A stretch of DNA of 64,000 nt from Ginglymostoma cirratum (lineage: Eukaryota): NCBI GenBank assembly GCA_024137785.1, contig JAHRHZ010000140.1, positions 27,653,010 through 27,717,009 of the forward strand, read 5' to 3'. The notes under the pieces were generated by a model, which saw only the letters and a list, made by a program, of their open reading frames with translations, was not told where the DNA came from and made no database searches. The position numbers and the translations under genes are program-made. Positions 38,471 through 51,779 of the stretch are shown here, in pieces; positions within the stretch are counted from its first letter, which is position 1, and the number at the start of each line of letters is the position of its first letter.

Positions 38471-41018
38471 GATGCAGTATAATGCTGTTAGCATAGATAG
38501 CATGTCAGTGAAAGAATGAAAATTTAATGCCTGTTCAATATGAACCTCAAAAGGCCTCTTTTCTATTAAGTCATTGTTTGACAAATAATTTGTCATTGCT
38601 TGCTGTTTTATCTTAAAGGCAAATGATGGCTTTTAGCAATTTAGTCATGAAGATCATGGAATTGTTAAAGACAATAGAATTTGTTAAACTGTCTTGTTGA
38701 ATTACTCAGGTCCAAAGAAAAGGCACACAAGGCAACTGATAATCCAGTAAACTGACTGTGCTTGTGCTAAACCATTAATCATCAAGGTTCCTGGCTTTAT
38801 GAATATTCCAAATGTTGGGCAAATCCAGAATAGGTCAGCAATGTAAGAAATACCGAGAATGCAGAAAGAATGGCATAGCATTACTGAGGTGAAAACAGGC
38901 TCCAATCATCATATTCATATTTGATTTAATAATTAAAATTGATCTGGTTTTATTGATTTTAGTAACTAGCAAATGTAATTAAATCCACAGATAGGAGATT
39001 TTCTGGCATCATCCATCTGACCAAGACTAGCTTAGTTCGGTTTTATCATAGAGATACTTCATGGTCCATATCAACGGACCGGAAGTATTATTTTACTGGG
39101 CTACACTCAAATTACAATTGCTGGGTTAAGAACAAACACCATAGAGAGGGATTTGCAATAACAGCTTCACTCCAAATAGTGCATTTTAATTTGTTTAAAC
39201 TGAGCAAAATTAAGTTCCATTTTCCACTTATTTGTCACATATTTTGCTTAGAACACAAACGTTAATCCACAAATATTCTTGCTGTTATTGTCTGACTGCA
39301 GTCGTTCAAAGCATACTGCCCACTGCTTCAGCAAGGGAATCAAATAATCCATAAAACACAGTAGCAGTCATTGTGAAGAATGCAGCATTTACCTTACAAT
39401 GACTGCACTGCAGAATAGTCCAAAATGGCTTAAAGCTCCTCAGAGGAAAAGTTATTATAAAGGATTGCCATTGTATTTTTCATTGTGAGAGGAAGAACTG
39501 GGAAGCTGAGGGGATAATAACACAGGGAACACGTTTTTCAGTAATAGGCTTTTTGAAGCATAGTAAGTTTAATTATGTACAAAAAAACTAGAGGAGAAAA
39601 AATATTCAAGAAAAATAAAACTGAAAAAGATTCTCTTGTGGCTTAACTCAAAAACGTCTGTATGGGAAGCTCTATTTATTCTTTTGTATCTTGACTTGAG
39701 CTAACTTGTGAAAAGAAATGCCCTGTTAATTGGTCCGTCTTCCAGCAGAAAGAGATCCACAAAAGCATGCTGGAATAAAAAAAACCTGCCTAAGTGGCAT
39801 GTTGATATACTCTATATAATCAACACAAATACAGAAGGTATTTTTACTAAGTGATTGCATCACCTACCGAGGGAGTTAGTGAGAAAGAATTTATGTACAT
39901 CTTTCAAGATTCTTTATTGATAATATATATTCAGGATCTTGCCAGCAAGTTTGAAGTTTTAACATTGTTGATCAGATCTTGCTAACCACATGATGCCACA
40001 AAACAATCAGATCCATACACAGGTCTTAATTAAGAAAGTCATTCCCATAAGCAGCAATTAGGCTGCCGATTTATTGGCAAATTTTGCATTTATGCCAAAT
40101 GGAAGGCACTGTAGCAGTTTATCTCCCTGCCATTGATCCCTGGTTAACATCCTTATCTTCCTCACTCACTTGACTTTAATGCTCCTTGCATCAGTGCTCC
40201 GAATAGTGCTTCATCGTAACTTGAATCTTCCCAATTCACTAATTTAATGCAATTAAATTAATTTAATTAACTAAACACTTCTGATTATGCCACTGTTTCT
40301 GCCAGGGCACAATTTTCTTCTCAACCACCCCAAATACCATTCCAAGGACTCTTATTAAAAGCTACTTTTTACATTTTCAGGGTTTACTCTTTCATTCTCA
40401 CTAACTCCCTTAGTAGGTGTGGCAGTACTTAGTAAAAATACTTTGTGTTTGTGTTGATATATACAGACTATCTGGACTTGCACAGAAACAAAGTAAGTAG
40501 AATTAATCAAAAGCTTCAATAATTACCAACCCCATTTAACTTAAAGGCGTGACACACAAGGAAAACATTTATTTCCTATATACCAAAGGGTTTAAATTGG
40601 GACAAGACACCACGGAGAAGTCAAATTATTTTCCAAAATGACTGATACAAACTTGCACGCACAAAAAAAGCCATCATCCTAAACACATTTCTGCACACTG
40701 GTGAGGTCACAGCATTTCTATTTAACATTCACAAAGCTGGAATATTTTAATCAGACTTATTATTTTTACTGCATCTCAGATCTAAAGTTGATTTAAATTT
40801 AACAATCGTCTGTGTTCATTACTTCAATCACCCCCATTGAATAGCTCCTGAAAATATGCAGCCTTAAGCTAGAGATATCAAATTCCTTTGCAAGGAATTA
40901 ATTATATGAACAATTTCATATTTTTCTAGCTTCTAGTTAGCTAACTGTTCCTTTGTTGACAAGTTGAAAACTATTCCCCCTTCTTTGCAACCTCCCTTCC
41001 TATCCAGCCAGTATCCTT

Positions 41019-41182
41019 AGATAACAAAATGTGGAGCTGGAGGAACACAGCCAGCCAGGCAGCATTAGAGGAACAGGAAAGCTGACGTTTCAGATCGGGA
41101 CCCTTCTTCAGAAATTTTGTGTTCCTCCAGCTCCACACTTTGTTATCTCTGACTCCAGCATCTGCAGTTCTTGCTATCTCAT
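41019..41182. mobile_element. Palindromic Penelope-like mini-insertion (family A) with 11-bp TSD
   Basis: TSD CCAGTATCCTT at 41008-41018 and 41183-41193. Minus-strand CTGAAGA-AGGGTCCCGATCT-GAAACGTC at 41111-41084. Confidence 0.85.
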
Positions 41183-41901
41183 CCAGTATCCTTGTTGTTT
41201 CCATCTCCCCCAGCTGCTTTCCAGTCTCCCATCTGCCATTTGCAGTACCATCATCTCCTCCCAGCCTCCTTGCGACCTCTCTATCTCCTCCTTCTAGACC
41301 CATCTCCCTTCAACCCCTTTATGGCCTCTCTCACTTCTTGCAACCTCTCTGAAACCATTCTGTTCTCTCTAAACAACCCACGACCTGGTGGGAAAATTGC
41401 CACCTCAGCAAATGAAGTGTAGCTCTCCCCCTCCCTATCCCAGCATTGCCAGAAAGTCTGTTCTTGGACCCGGCTCCTCCTCCTGGTTGTGGGGAAAATC
41501 GAAACTGGCTCCCAGCCCAGCCCAGTCCTACCCTCTGGCTGCCCGTTTCTGGATCACATCTCTATGTTCCTGAATCTCAGCCTCCTTGCTCCCTCAGTGA
41601 CTCCCTCACAGCTGAAACTTACACAACTAGCCGCTTACTGCTCATCCAATCACATATCGCTTCTCTTCCAAGTTTGCTGTGAATAGGATCATTGTAAACT
41701 TATAAGCAGCAAGTATAGGAAAGAGCAGCCTGTGTTTCCAGGAACAGCTACTCAATTTCCTTTCATTCTGTCATTGGGGGATGATAATTCACCAATTGAT
41801 TATCCATATGTTTACATTTTCCCAGGCAATTGGGGGATTTCAGAGGTGGTTTTCCTCCCCAGACCTATGTATTTGGAACCTAGGTTTCTGCTTTTTATTC
41901 A

Positions 41902-42234
41902 GGGCAGCACGGTGGCTCAGTGGTTAGCACTGCTACCTCACAGCGCCAGGGACTAGAGTTCAATTCCACCCTCGGGCGACTGTCTGTGTGGAGTTTGCAC
42001 ATTCTCCCAGTGTCTGTGTGGATTTCCTCCAGGTGCTCCAGTTTCCTCCCACAGTCCAAAGATGTGTAGGGTAGGTGGATTGACCATGTTAAATTGCCTG
42101 TAGCGTCCAGGGACATTTGGGTTAGACATGGGGAAACACAGGGGAATGGGTCAGGGTGGGATGCTCTTTGAAGGGGCGGTGTGGACTTGTTGGGCTGAAT
42201 GGCCTGTTTCCACACCCTAGGGATTCTATGATCT
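41902..42234 (+). mobile_element. HE1-type SINE, full length
   Basis: gggcagcacggtggctcagtggttagcactgc...gagttcaattcc...ggattctatgat. Confidence 0.92.
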
Positions 42235-43559
42235 ACTCCATAGTTAGATTCCTGTACAATTGGGTACAGGTATGAGAATTAAATCATGGTGATTTTGAAG
42301 ATTAAGGGCTGACATGCCTAGGTTATCCAATTTTCTATAATTTTATTTTTCATACCTACAAGAAACCTGTACACAGGAGTTTAGGTTTGGGGGCATGGCT
42401 TTATGTCTGTGTAAAACTGACTACTGGTGCAAGGTATTCTCCATTCTAATCCTGAGAGGTGGCAGTGGAATAATCAAGTCTGCAGTTGTCCAACATATGG
42501 ACTGGGGCTTAATAGCAGTTGAGCTGAGGCAGGGGAGGAGTTTGACAATGTTATAGAGCTGGCATTAAGCAGTACAACACAACAGTCTGGTTCAACTGAG
42601 ACTATTCCATGCTCATCACTCTCCACCTTAACTGAAGCCAATATCCTCAATTCAACATAGACCAAGGACTAAACCTGGGATTTTTCTCTGTTGCCTGCAA
42701 CTGAACCACTCATATTATATGCTTTGCATTTGTTTTTCACAATAATATAATAGTCCAATTTTTTTGTCAGAGATAACAAATTCCACTCCAAACACAACAA
42801 CTATTCTATGTATTCACTGGAATAGTCATGGGTGATTTTTCTGCCTTCATAAAGCCATGCATTGTACATTATTTGGAAATTTTCTAGAAGGCCTAATTAT
42901 TTAAAAAGAAACAGTCATTTCTACTTTTTACTTTTATTGTTAAGGCTGGATAGATTAGTGGTCTGTTCCTTTTGTTTTTGAGAATGATTGTGTTTGTATA
43001 TCATATTACTAGTTTGACTAATAATTCTGATGATTGGTTAATGTTCTGCATGAATAACTGCATGCATCAAAAATCCAAAAGCAATTTTCTCCAGGTCCTT
43101 CCTCAACAAAACCTTTCAGCAACTAAAATGATTCTATAATCTTTCTCTGATTATGGTCAAACTCTCTTGTTACCTAGCAACACACAATTAAGGAATATGT
43201 TTTCAGATCCACTTTGCAATCAGGCCATTATCAGATAAAATTACTGGAGCAACAAATGTCAAGCTCATGCAAATGAATTTGTTACACAGATAGAATTTTT
43301 TTCACTTTAAAATACAAATAATCTAACATTAACAGAATTTATCAGACTTTTCACCTCCTCTACCTGTGAAGGACAAAACAAGGCACAATTGAGGAAAATG
43401 ATCACATTAATCAAACGAGAACAGAAGGTAAACTACGACCAGAGTGACAGAGATACAGTGGAAGTGTGCGCATGTTTGTATGTGTGTCAGCCCAGGATAG
43501 GTGTGGAAATGGGACAGGTTCTTTTTCTTTTGTTCCCCCTCCCTCTTTTCCTCTCTTTC

Positions 43560-43992
43560 GTGGTTTTCTTCTCCTCTGCCTTCCCAGACTCTTGGCTTTG
43601 GGCACCCGGCTCCAAAGCAGGGATGCCAGCGACCAGTGGCCTGGGAGCAGTGGCCCAGTACAGTGCGTGGTGGAAGGGGCCCGGTGTGGAGTGTGGCAGC
43701 AGCCAGTGATTAGGCCATGTGGAAGTTCCCTGCGCTAGTCTGTTGTGGAGAGCACTTAGAGAGAGACTGTAATGTTTGTCTTTTTAAACTTTGCATCTTG
43801 TTTTTCTGACTTATGGTTATTCTGAGTATAGTTGTAACGTAACTTATTTTTCTTCATTTCCCTATTCTGTAACTAAGGATTGTACCTGGGTACTCTGTCC
43901 CTAAGATAGTGCAGAGTGTTGGTGACATTGTTACACTGTAACTAATCTTTGGGTACTCATTTGAGTACGTGACATTAAAGCTAATTCAATTT
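43560..43992 (+). mobile_element. Unclassified retroposon, same tail family as about 8790-9092
   Basis: Shared ctaaggat..tgtacct.ggt.c...gtgaca.taaa.ctaattc ending. Confidence 0.5.
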
Positions 43993-44192
43993 GAACACAA
44001 ACGTGCCCAAGAAACTCAATATGTGATTGTGAAAGGTTTGGAGTAGAATTGGTGGAATACAGAAGATATTAGTAACGTACAAATATTCATGAACTCAATG
44101 TTCAAATAACACAGCTCATGAATAAATTATTTCTATATCTCATTCAAAAACACCTAGCCTGTGTTGCACATTTTGACAACTTAGCTGATTCT

Positions 44193-45536
44193 AGTTATGA
44201 GCCTGTTTCAAAGATTTGCAAAGATCCAAAATCCATTGGAGCAGGGCATCTCAAGAGACCTCACAGCAAGAAAAAAAAAAAGAGATCCAAATTTCTGCAG
44301 AGGTTTATTTGTATTTGTAGTACTTTTCCAGCAATTTCTGATATTCATGGGGACGTTGAAGATGTGCTATTATTTTTGTCAGGTAAAGACAGAAATGGTA
44401 TGCGCTATCCAGAAATGTGTGGTGATTTGAGATTCTCACTGAAGTTGCTAAGTTTTCACTTACGCACAAATAATGGTGTGCAATCTTGTCACTAATGGTC
44501 CAGCTAACGTTAAAAAAAAAGCAGTTTGGTTTTGACTGCCGGTCCTTGGAATATCTGGGCTAATGTATTTGAGGTGGATATTAGTGCAGTAGGCAAAGGT
44601 GGCGGCTATTTCAGGTATATGTCATACACTGCTTTTAAGTTTTGCCCTTGTAAGAACCGTCTTTAAAAAAATCTTGTGGACTACAATGAGAAAAAAATCT
44701 TTTTTTAAAAAGAAAGAAATTTACCAGGATGGCTGCATAATTTCAGAGCAAGGAATTCAATACTTATTGTAAACTTTGTCTTCGCGGCTATGGGTTCCTG
44801 CTATGTGCAGAAAATGAGATGCCAAGGAATTGTTGACAAAGAAGCCAATTGGTTCTCAAATAACTGAGCAGATTGGAACTGGAAAAAATTTACACAGACA
44901 CACAGAAAGACACAGAAGGATGTGCTATTATTCTCCCCTGCAGAAGCTACCTGTTCTCTGCAGTAAGAGACAGAGACATTTGAAGAAAATCAATTACCTT
45001 TACTGTAGCAGTTACTGTGAGCTGTCACTTTTGAATTGTTAAATCAGAGTCATTTTCCAAGTAAATCAGATGCTCTACACTTCATACAAACCAGGGGAAG
45101 CTTCTAGAGAAAGGCAACTGAATACCAAGGGTCTAGCTAACCTAAGTAGGGTAATTTCAACATCAGAATCAAGAAGCAAATACTATTGAACTGACATTCC
45201 AGAGTTTCCCTATATTTTCCATATTTGTTTGTCTGTGTCTGTCTGCGTGTGTCTGTATATACATGTATGTAGGAGGGGGTGTTATAAGAGGATTTCCTTG
45301 GTAGTGTTATATGTCAATGGTTTATATCTGTTTATTTGTAGCTGCAGTCTAATTATTTATAATAAATAATAATTCATGTTTAGCACAACAACCCCAACCC
45401 ATGTTTTCTGTCAATTCTGATCTGGAAGTCAGGTAAATTTGGGTATAGACTTTTAAAAAAAAAACGTTAACACCTGGTACGACTCCAGGAGTAGTGGGGC
45501 TCAACTTGTGGCATGGTACCCCGGTAGGTCTTAACA
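44193..45536 (+). mobile_element. Long solo LTR (about 1.34 kb)
   Basis: Termini (A)GTTATGA...TCTTAACA, flanked by a perfect 4-bp TTCT repeat (44189-44192 and 45537-45540). AATAAA at 45361. Confidence 0.6.
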
Positions 45537-48500
45537 TTCTTCAGAAGACAAACTGGTGTTTCTTTATATTTGGTCAAGAATGTCAAATTTTCATGTGCAA
45601 AAGTACAGGTATTCATTCCATTACAAACTGAAGCAACAATGTGTAATGTAATGCAGCACTGAAAGAGCATTTCAAACTAGCAAAACATGACCCTGCTGCG
45701 GATTTAATTTTGATATTCACTCCTATTATAATCTTGGCTAATGTGCACATCAGCAGTGAATATGACATGCCTGCTGTGACTGTGTTATGATGGAATACTG
45801 TGACTAAGATAGAATTGCAGTTATGCTTTCTCTTCAGCCATTCTGATCTATCTTCGGATTATTAGATGCAACTATTAAAACATTCAGAATACGGGGAGTT
45901 TGTATTTGCGACACTGGATTTGCTGTCCTCCACTCAATCTGATGTATGAGTTCTACTTTGGTGGCAAGTCCAAGTGGCTTATAAATTATTGTTTATTTGG
46001 TGGATAAATCATAACCAGTCATTACAGGATACATACCTTCTCAAGGTACCTCATTAAATAACTCAGAAATGCCAATGTAGTGATGATCACATCACTGGAC
46101 CAGCAGTAACTGTCAACTATTCTAAGAACACATGGTGCATTTTGCAACTTTAATGAATTCTAACGATACTGTATTTCTATTGTGCAACTTTAACAGTCAA
46201 GATATTATTTTGTCTATATAATTTCAAACCACTAGAAATATGATTTGGGATGTTAGACATGTTTCTTGTAAAAAGAGGCTATTTACTGATACTGCCAAAT
46301 ATCTCAAAAGTGATGAAGATGTTTTAATTCTGCTTACTTCATAGGGAGAAATACCCATCACATTTTTACCAGACTTTTCTATTTTATAACATTTGCCTGA
46401 CATCTTTTTATGTGCAGGGTTTATGCATCCAAGATAATACACACAAACGTTGAGCACGCTGGGGCATTTTTTCTGTGACAAAGAAAAAAACTTGATAGAG
46501 GCATAAAATAACAAGGAAACTGATATTTTATTCCACGATCACACTATTTCTAAAGTGGTTAAATCCAAAACGTGGGAGCAAAAGAAAACTGAATTCTGGA
46601 TATCTGAAGGATACTGAAAAACTGGAATAAAAACTGAAAATGTTAGGGAAGCAAATGGTCACACAGCAGCTCAGGAGAAAGGAATAGTCAATGTTTCAGA
46701 TCTACAACTTTTCATCACAGATAACTCTGTTTCTCTCCACAGATGCTGAACGTTGCCAAATTTTCCTCTTTTTATAGGATGATTATAAGATAGTCACTAA
46801 CAGATCAACCGCAGAACTTGGAAGGACTTATTTTTTTCTCACGCAGAAAATGACAAATATGTGGAACACGTTACTACATGCAGTGGCTGAAGCAGATACA
46901 TGGTACATTTATGGGGAGGTTTGAAATGTACATGAAGGCGATGAGGGAATAAGCAAAGAAAATAGATATTTCAAGTGCAATGAAGGTTCTGTGCAATCTA
47001 AACATAAACTACACCTGTTCCTGTTCTGTAGCTCTTATATAATTTGGCATAGTTTAATAAAATTGTTTTACATTGACCTATTAACACAAATGCCTCAAAT
47101 TCAGAAGTATATAATCTCAAATATTTTAAGGAGTGCTTAGAAACATTTTTCAATATTTTTGTGAACTTTAAATTAGGCTTTTCCATTGCTTATGCCTGAA
47201 CTATTTGCCTTGTGCTGCAATGAGAGATTATGAGATTCATGTCCATTTTATATTCACCGACGAGATCAATTTTCTGATCTCTGGATCTTATTTCACCCAA
47301 GCCTTGTGCATTTTCTTCAGCACATCTCTGTGCTTTTTATTATACTTGAGGCACTTTTATCCCCATTTCATCTTTTTGTAGCTGCAGGTCTCTCCATCAC
47401 AACAGTTTCTATTGTGCAGTTACCCTCATCAAATCTCAGCACGTTCATAAACCATGGGATGCATGAGTGCTGGAGGGGAAATATGTTCCTAGCTGTCTCT
47501 TTCAATAATATTTCTTCTATTATATCATCTGCTGTCATTTGTTTTGTTTCTTTATCCTGCTGCTTAAATAGCTTTGTTTTGTAATCATGTGGTTTTGTGT
47601 ATGGCTAATTTTCCTCACGTGCCAATCTATAATTAATAATGCAGATACGTCAGTCGGACCCATCTCTTCGAGTTGCAGAATAAATCTTGCAGGTGCAGTG
47701 TGTACTTGTTAATAGAACTGTTATTATATCATGACCATCATATATAGCTTGTCTAGTTCTTTTTTAAACTGCTTTCTGAGGATTCTTTTTCATTCATTAG
47801 TTTCAATCTTGCAGAAGTTACTTTTGCTATTTCTTCTTTCTTCTAATCCACTGGAATTTGTTGTCTGTTTCTTTGCAGTTCATCCAGATTTTCTTCTGCT
47901 GGCTTTCCATATTTCATTCTTCCCTCTATTAAAGCCATTTTTAAAAAAAAAAATCAGCCAACCATAACATGCTGCAGTGTACGTACTGTCCATCTGTTAG
48001 ACAAATACTGGGTGATTTCTCAGTGGTGGCAGTCATGTTGGGGGTTGGGGTGGTATAAAATAGTGTAACTTCAGTTTCTCTTTAGCTTCCCCGAGTCCAC
48101 AGGCTCATCCAATATTCATTACCTATCCCTTACTCCCATAACAACACGTTGATGAGATGCCTTCCTGAATCGCTACAGTCTGTTTGATAATGACTGTTCA
48201 AAAGGTAGTGAGATCAAGGATTTTGACCCAGAAATGATGAAAGAACAACAATATATTTTTAAGTCGAGGTGGTATGGGATTTGGAGGTAAGTGTGTTTCC
48301 ATGTACCTGCTGTCCTTGTCCCTGCAAGTGGTCCATGTTGTGTTTGAAAGATACTGTTGAGGAAAGGCTTGGGAAGGTGCTGTACTGGATCTTGTAAATG
48401 GTGCACAGAGGCTTCCTGAACCTTTAGTAAAGGAATTCCATGATATATACCTGATTCCTCCAAGAAACCTTTCGTGAATCTCACGTAAAGAATCCTATCA

Positions 48501-49043
48501 AGCGGGTCTGAACTATTGATGTGCAGCATTACTTTAGAGGTTGTTTCCTCCACTAGCTGTTTGTTCCTGCTATGCTGTACCAAGTTTACTATGCTCCAGC
48601 TATGATAAAAGCACCCTCATGTCCTCCCCCTTCGGTACAATAAATAGTTGCAGCTGGCACCAGCAACTATACCTCTTTTCCCATAAGGTGAGTGAGAAAG
48701 GAGGGTCTGAGGAATCTGATTGTCTTACTCAGCCAATTAGTATGGTTGTTTTGGCAGTGTTCAAAACAGTCAATGATAACAATGCATATCCAGGTTTTGA
48801 TCCCGTCCAAAGTGAAGAAAATGAGTACAAAGGAGAGACAAACAGACATCAGAAAAACATTGGAAAAAGGTGGAAGCCACCAATCTCTTATCTAGTTTCA
48901 TAAAATTTCATTACTTTTCAACTAACTTGGGCATTTTTTTGGACATTTTGGACATTATTTATTCAGGCCTGGAGAAGTAACTTAAAAATTCCATAGGTTT
49001 TTAAAGTTTTCCATGACCCACAGAAACCCCACACATGCTTTGG

Positions 49044-49395
49044 AGACAGTAAGGACTGCAGCTGCTGGAAGCCAGAGTCAATAAACGTGGAGCTGGACAG
49101 GCACTGCAGGTCAGACAGCATCAGAGGAGCAGGAAAGTCAACATTTCAGGCCAAAACCCTTTGTCAGGACTGGGGAGGAGGAGGAGAGACGCTGTCATTA
49201 TAACCCCTTTACCTCCATCCATCTATCACCATCCCATCAACCTTTCCCCCAGTCTCACCTCCTTCCCTCTGTTTATTTCTGGGCTCCCTGCCCCCTTCCC
49301 AGTCCTGATGAAGAGTTTCAACCTGAAACATTGTCTTTCCTGCTCCTCTAAGGCTGCCTGATCTGCAGTGTTTGTCCAGCTCCATGCTGATTGAC
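49044..49395. mobile_element. Palindromic Penelope-like remnant (family A, older)
   Basis: Inverted arms gtcaat..acgtggagctggaca / tgtccagctccatg..attgac. CTGATGA at 49305 and GAAAC at 49325. Confidence 0.75.
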
Positions 49396-49999
49396 CCGTA
49401 CATACCAAAGCATGTTATGTCAATAGTGCAGAGAGTGAATATTTAACATAATGGATGGAGTTCTGATCAACCAGATTGCTTTGGTCCTCGATGGTATTAC
49501 TTCTTGAATATTGTTGAAACTGAACTCAGTCCAGTAAGTGGAGAGTATTCCATTACACTCCTTTCAGTGCCTTTTAGGTGGAAAATTAGTTTTGAGCTAC
49601 ATGCCACAGAATACCTTTGTTAAAACTTGCTTTAGTAGTCACAGTACTTATGTGCCTAGTGTAGTTAAGTTTTTGGTAAATGGAGATCCTCTTGTTATGT
49701 CAAGGATGGGGTATTCAGTAATGGTAATGCAGTTGATTATCAAGTGGAGGCGGTTACACACTGCTGTTTAAAATAGTCATCGCTTGGGGCTTGTATGGTG
49801 GAAATATTTCTTATCACTTTGGGGCATTTTTTCAACGATAAAGGTGCGACATAAAAGCAAGTAATCATTGCTGAGCCCATTATTAGGAAGAGAACAGACA
49901 ATTAAACATTAACATTGTCATCTCAGAGCTACATTTTAATCGACCTTTTGACAATATTGACTAAGTTAGGATTTTGTTAGGTTGTAAAAGACAGAAAAT

Positions 50000-51610
50000 A
50001 GAGATAATGAGTATGTTCCTCAACAAGAAGCAAATGATTGGTGTTCCACAAGGATCTGTAATGGGACTTCAATTGTTCATTATATTTATTAATGACATAG
50101 ATAACACACTAAGGAGTCATGTATCCAAGTCTGTCAATGGAACAAAAGTTGGTGGCATCCTATGTAGATCAGGAAGGGATGTAAAACTGGAAAGAGACAG
50201 CAATCAATTAAGTGAGTGGGCAAAACTGTGGAAGTTGTATTTTAAGTGTGAGGTAATTCGCTTTCAACAATAACAAACATAGATCATAGAATTATTTAAA
50301 TGGTGAAATGCTGGGAAGAATGCAAGTCTGAAGTGATTTAAGGGTCAGGTACAAAAATAAAAATACAAAAAGGCAGCTGGAATTTTAGCCTCTGGAATGC
50401 TACCCTCTATTTCTAGGAACTGGAATGTAAAGGGGCAGGGGGATGTTTCACTACAGCTGTTGTTATGAAGGTTCACAATATCATAATTTTGTAAATTTGG
50501 GTTCTAAAGTGCACAGAACCATGTATAGCTTTAACTTTGATTTGTACTTCCTTAATGTGCAAGCTAAGAAGGGAAGGACTTAGTTTTATTTTTGAGTTCG
50601 GTGAGTGGTATGTATCAAGCCAGGTTTCACTCTGTGATCTGAATTGTCCAGTATTACGATCAGTTGGAATCATAATGCCATGCAATTATTTAATTAAAAC
50701 ACATCTGGAGAACTGTGAATAGTTCTGGATATCTTTGAAAAGATATACTGATCTAGAAAGAACTGCAGCATAGATTCACCAGAATGTTACCAGGGCTCCA
50801 AGGGTTAGATTATAATGAGCGACTACTTGTATTCTCTGGAATATTGTAGGTTACTGAGTGATCTTGAGGTCTTCAGGACATCAAAATAAATTGGTAGTGT
50901 AGATCTGGAGATATTTATCCTGCTGGTGGAGGTAAATCTAGGGCAAGCGAATCTAACATTAAAATCAGAGCCAGGCCATTCAGGAAAGAAGTTAGAAAAC
51001 ACTTCTTCATTCAAAATATTGCAGACATGAGGAATTCTTTCCCACAAAAAAAAACAGAAGATACTAGTTCAATTCATAGTTTAAGTTGAGATTGATCAAT
51101 TTTTGTCAAAGTAAAGGATATGAGGACAGGGTGGGACAGTGGCTCAGTGGTTCACACTGCTGCCTCACAGTGCCAGAAAATTGGTTTTGACTCCACCGTC
51201 AGGTGACTGTCTGTATGGAGTTTGCACACTGTCCCCGTGTCTGTGTGGATTTCCTCCGGATGCTCCGGTTACCTCCCACAGTCCAAAGGGGTGCAGGTTA
51301 GGTGGACTGGCCATTGCTAAATTGCCCATAGTGTCCAGAGATGTGTAGGCTAGGTGGGTTAGCTATGGGAAATGCAGGATTACAGGGATAGAGTAGGGGA
51401 GTGCGTCTGGGAGGGATGCTCTTCAGAGGATTGGTGTGACTCAAATGGACCAAATGGCCTGCTTCCACATGTAGGGATTATAATAATTCTATGATTCTAT
51501 ATGGAGCCAAGGCAACTGGATGATGTTAGGATTCTGATCAATCATAACCTCGCTGAATGACAAAATAAATTCAAGAGACTTCGTATTTTACTCTTACTTC
51601 TACGTTCCCA
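50000..51610 (+). mobile_element. CR1 RT-to-3' remnant with nested insertions
   Basis: GVPQGSVMGLQLFIIFINDID...SK...TKVGG. Interrupted at about 50461-50677 and by an HE1 SINE at 51129. Confidence 0.85.
51129..51500 (+). mobile_element. HE1-type SINE
   Basis: gtggctcagtggttcacactgctgcctcacag head, conserved body, attctatgattctat tail. Confidence 0.9.
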
Positions 51611-51779
51611 GATTATGACCAGAAACAAGACTTAAGTGATAGTTTATAAACGGTTTAGAATGTTACTTTATCTTCATCTCATATGGAATGAAACAATGTA
51701 ATGGGGTTTCAACTAACGTAAGCTTCTTCAAAATATAGTCAAGGCAAAGCAATTTGCAAGTGAATCACTGACACTGACA

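Noticed and set aside
41902-41975. tRNA genes at SINE heads
   Set aside because: A and B boxes run directly into a repeated SINE body and CR1-type tail; no complete cloverleaf.
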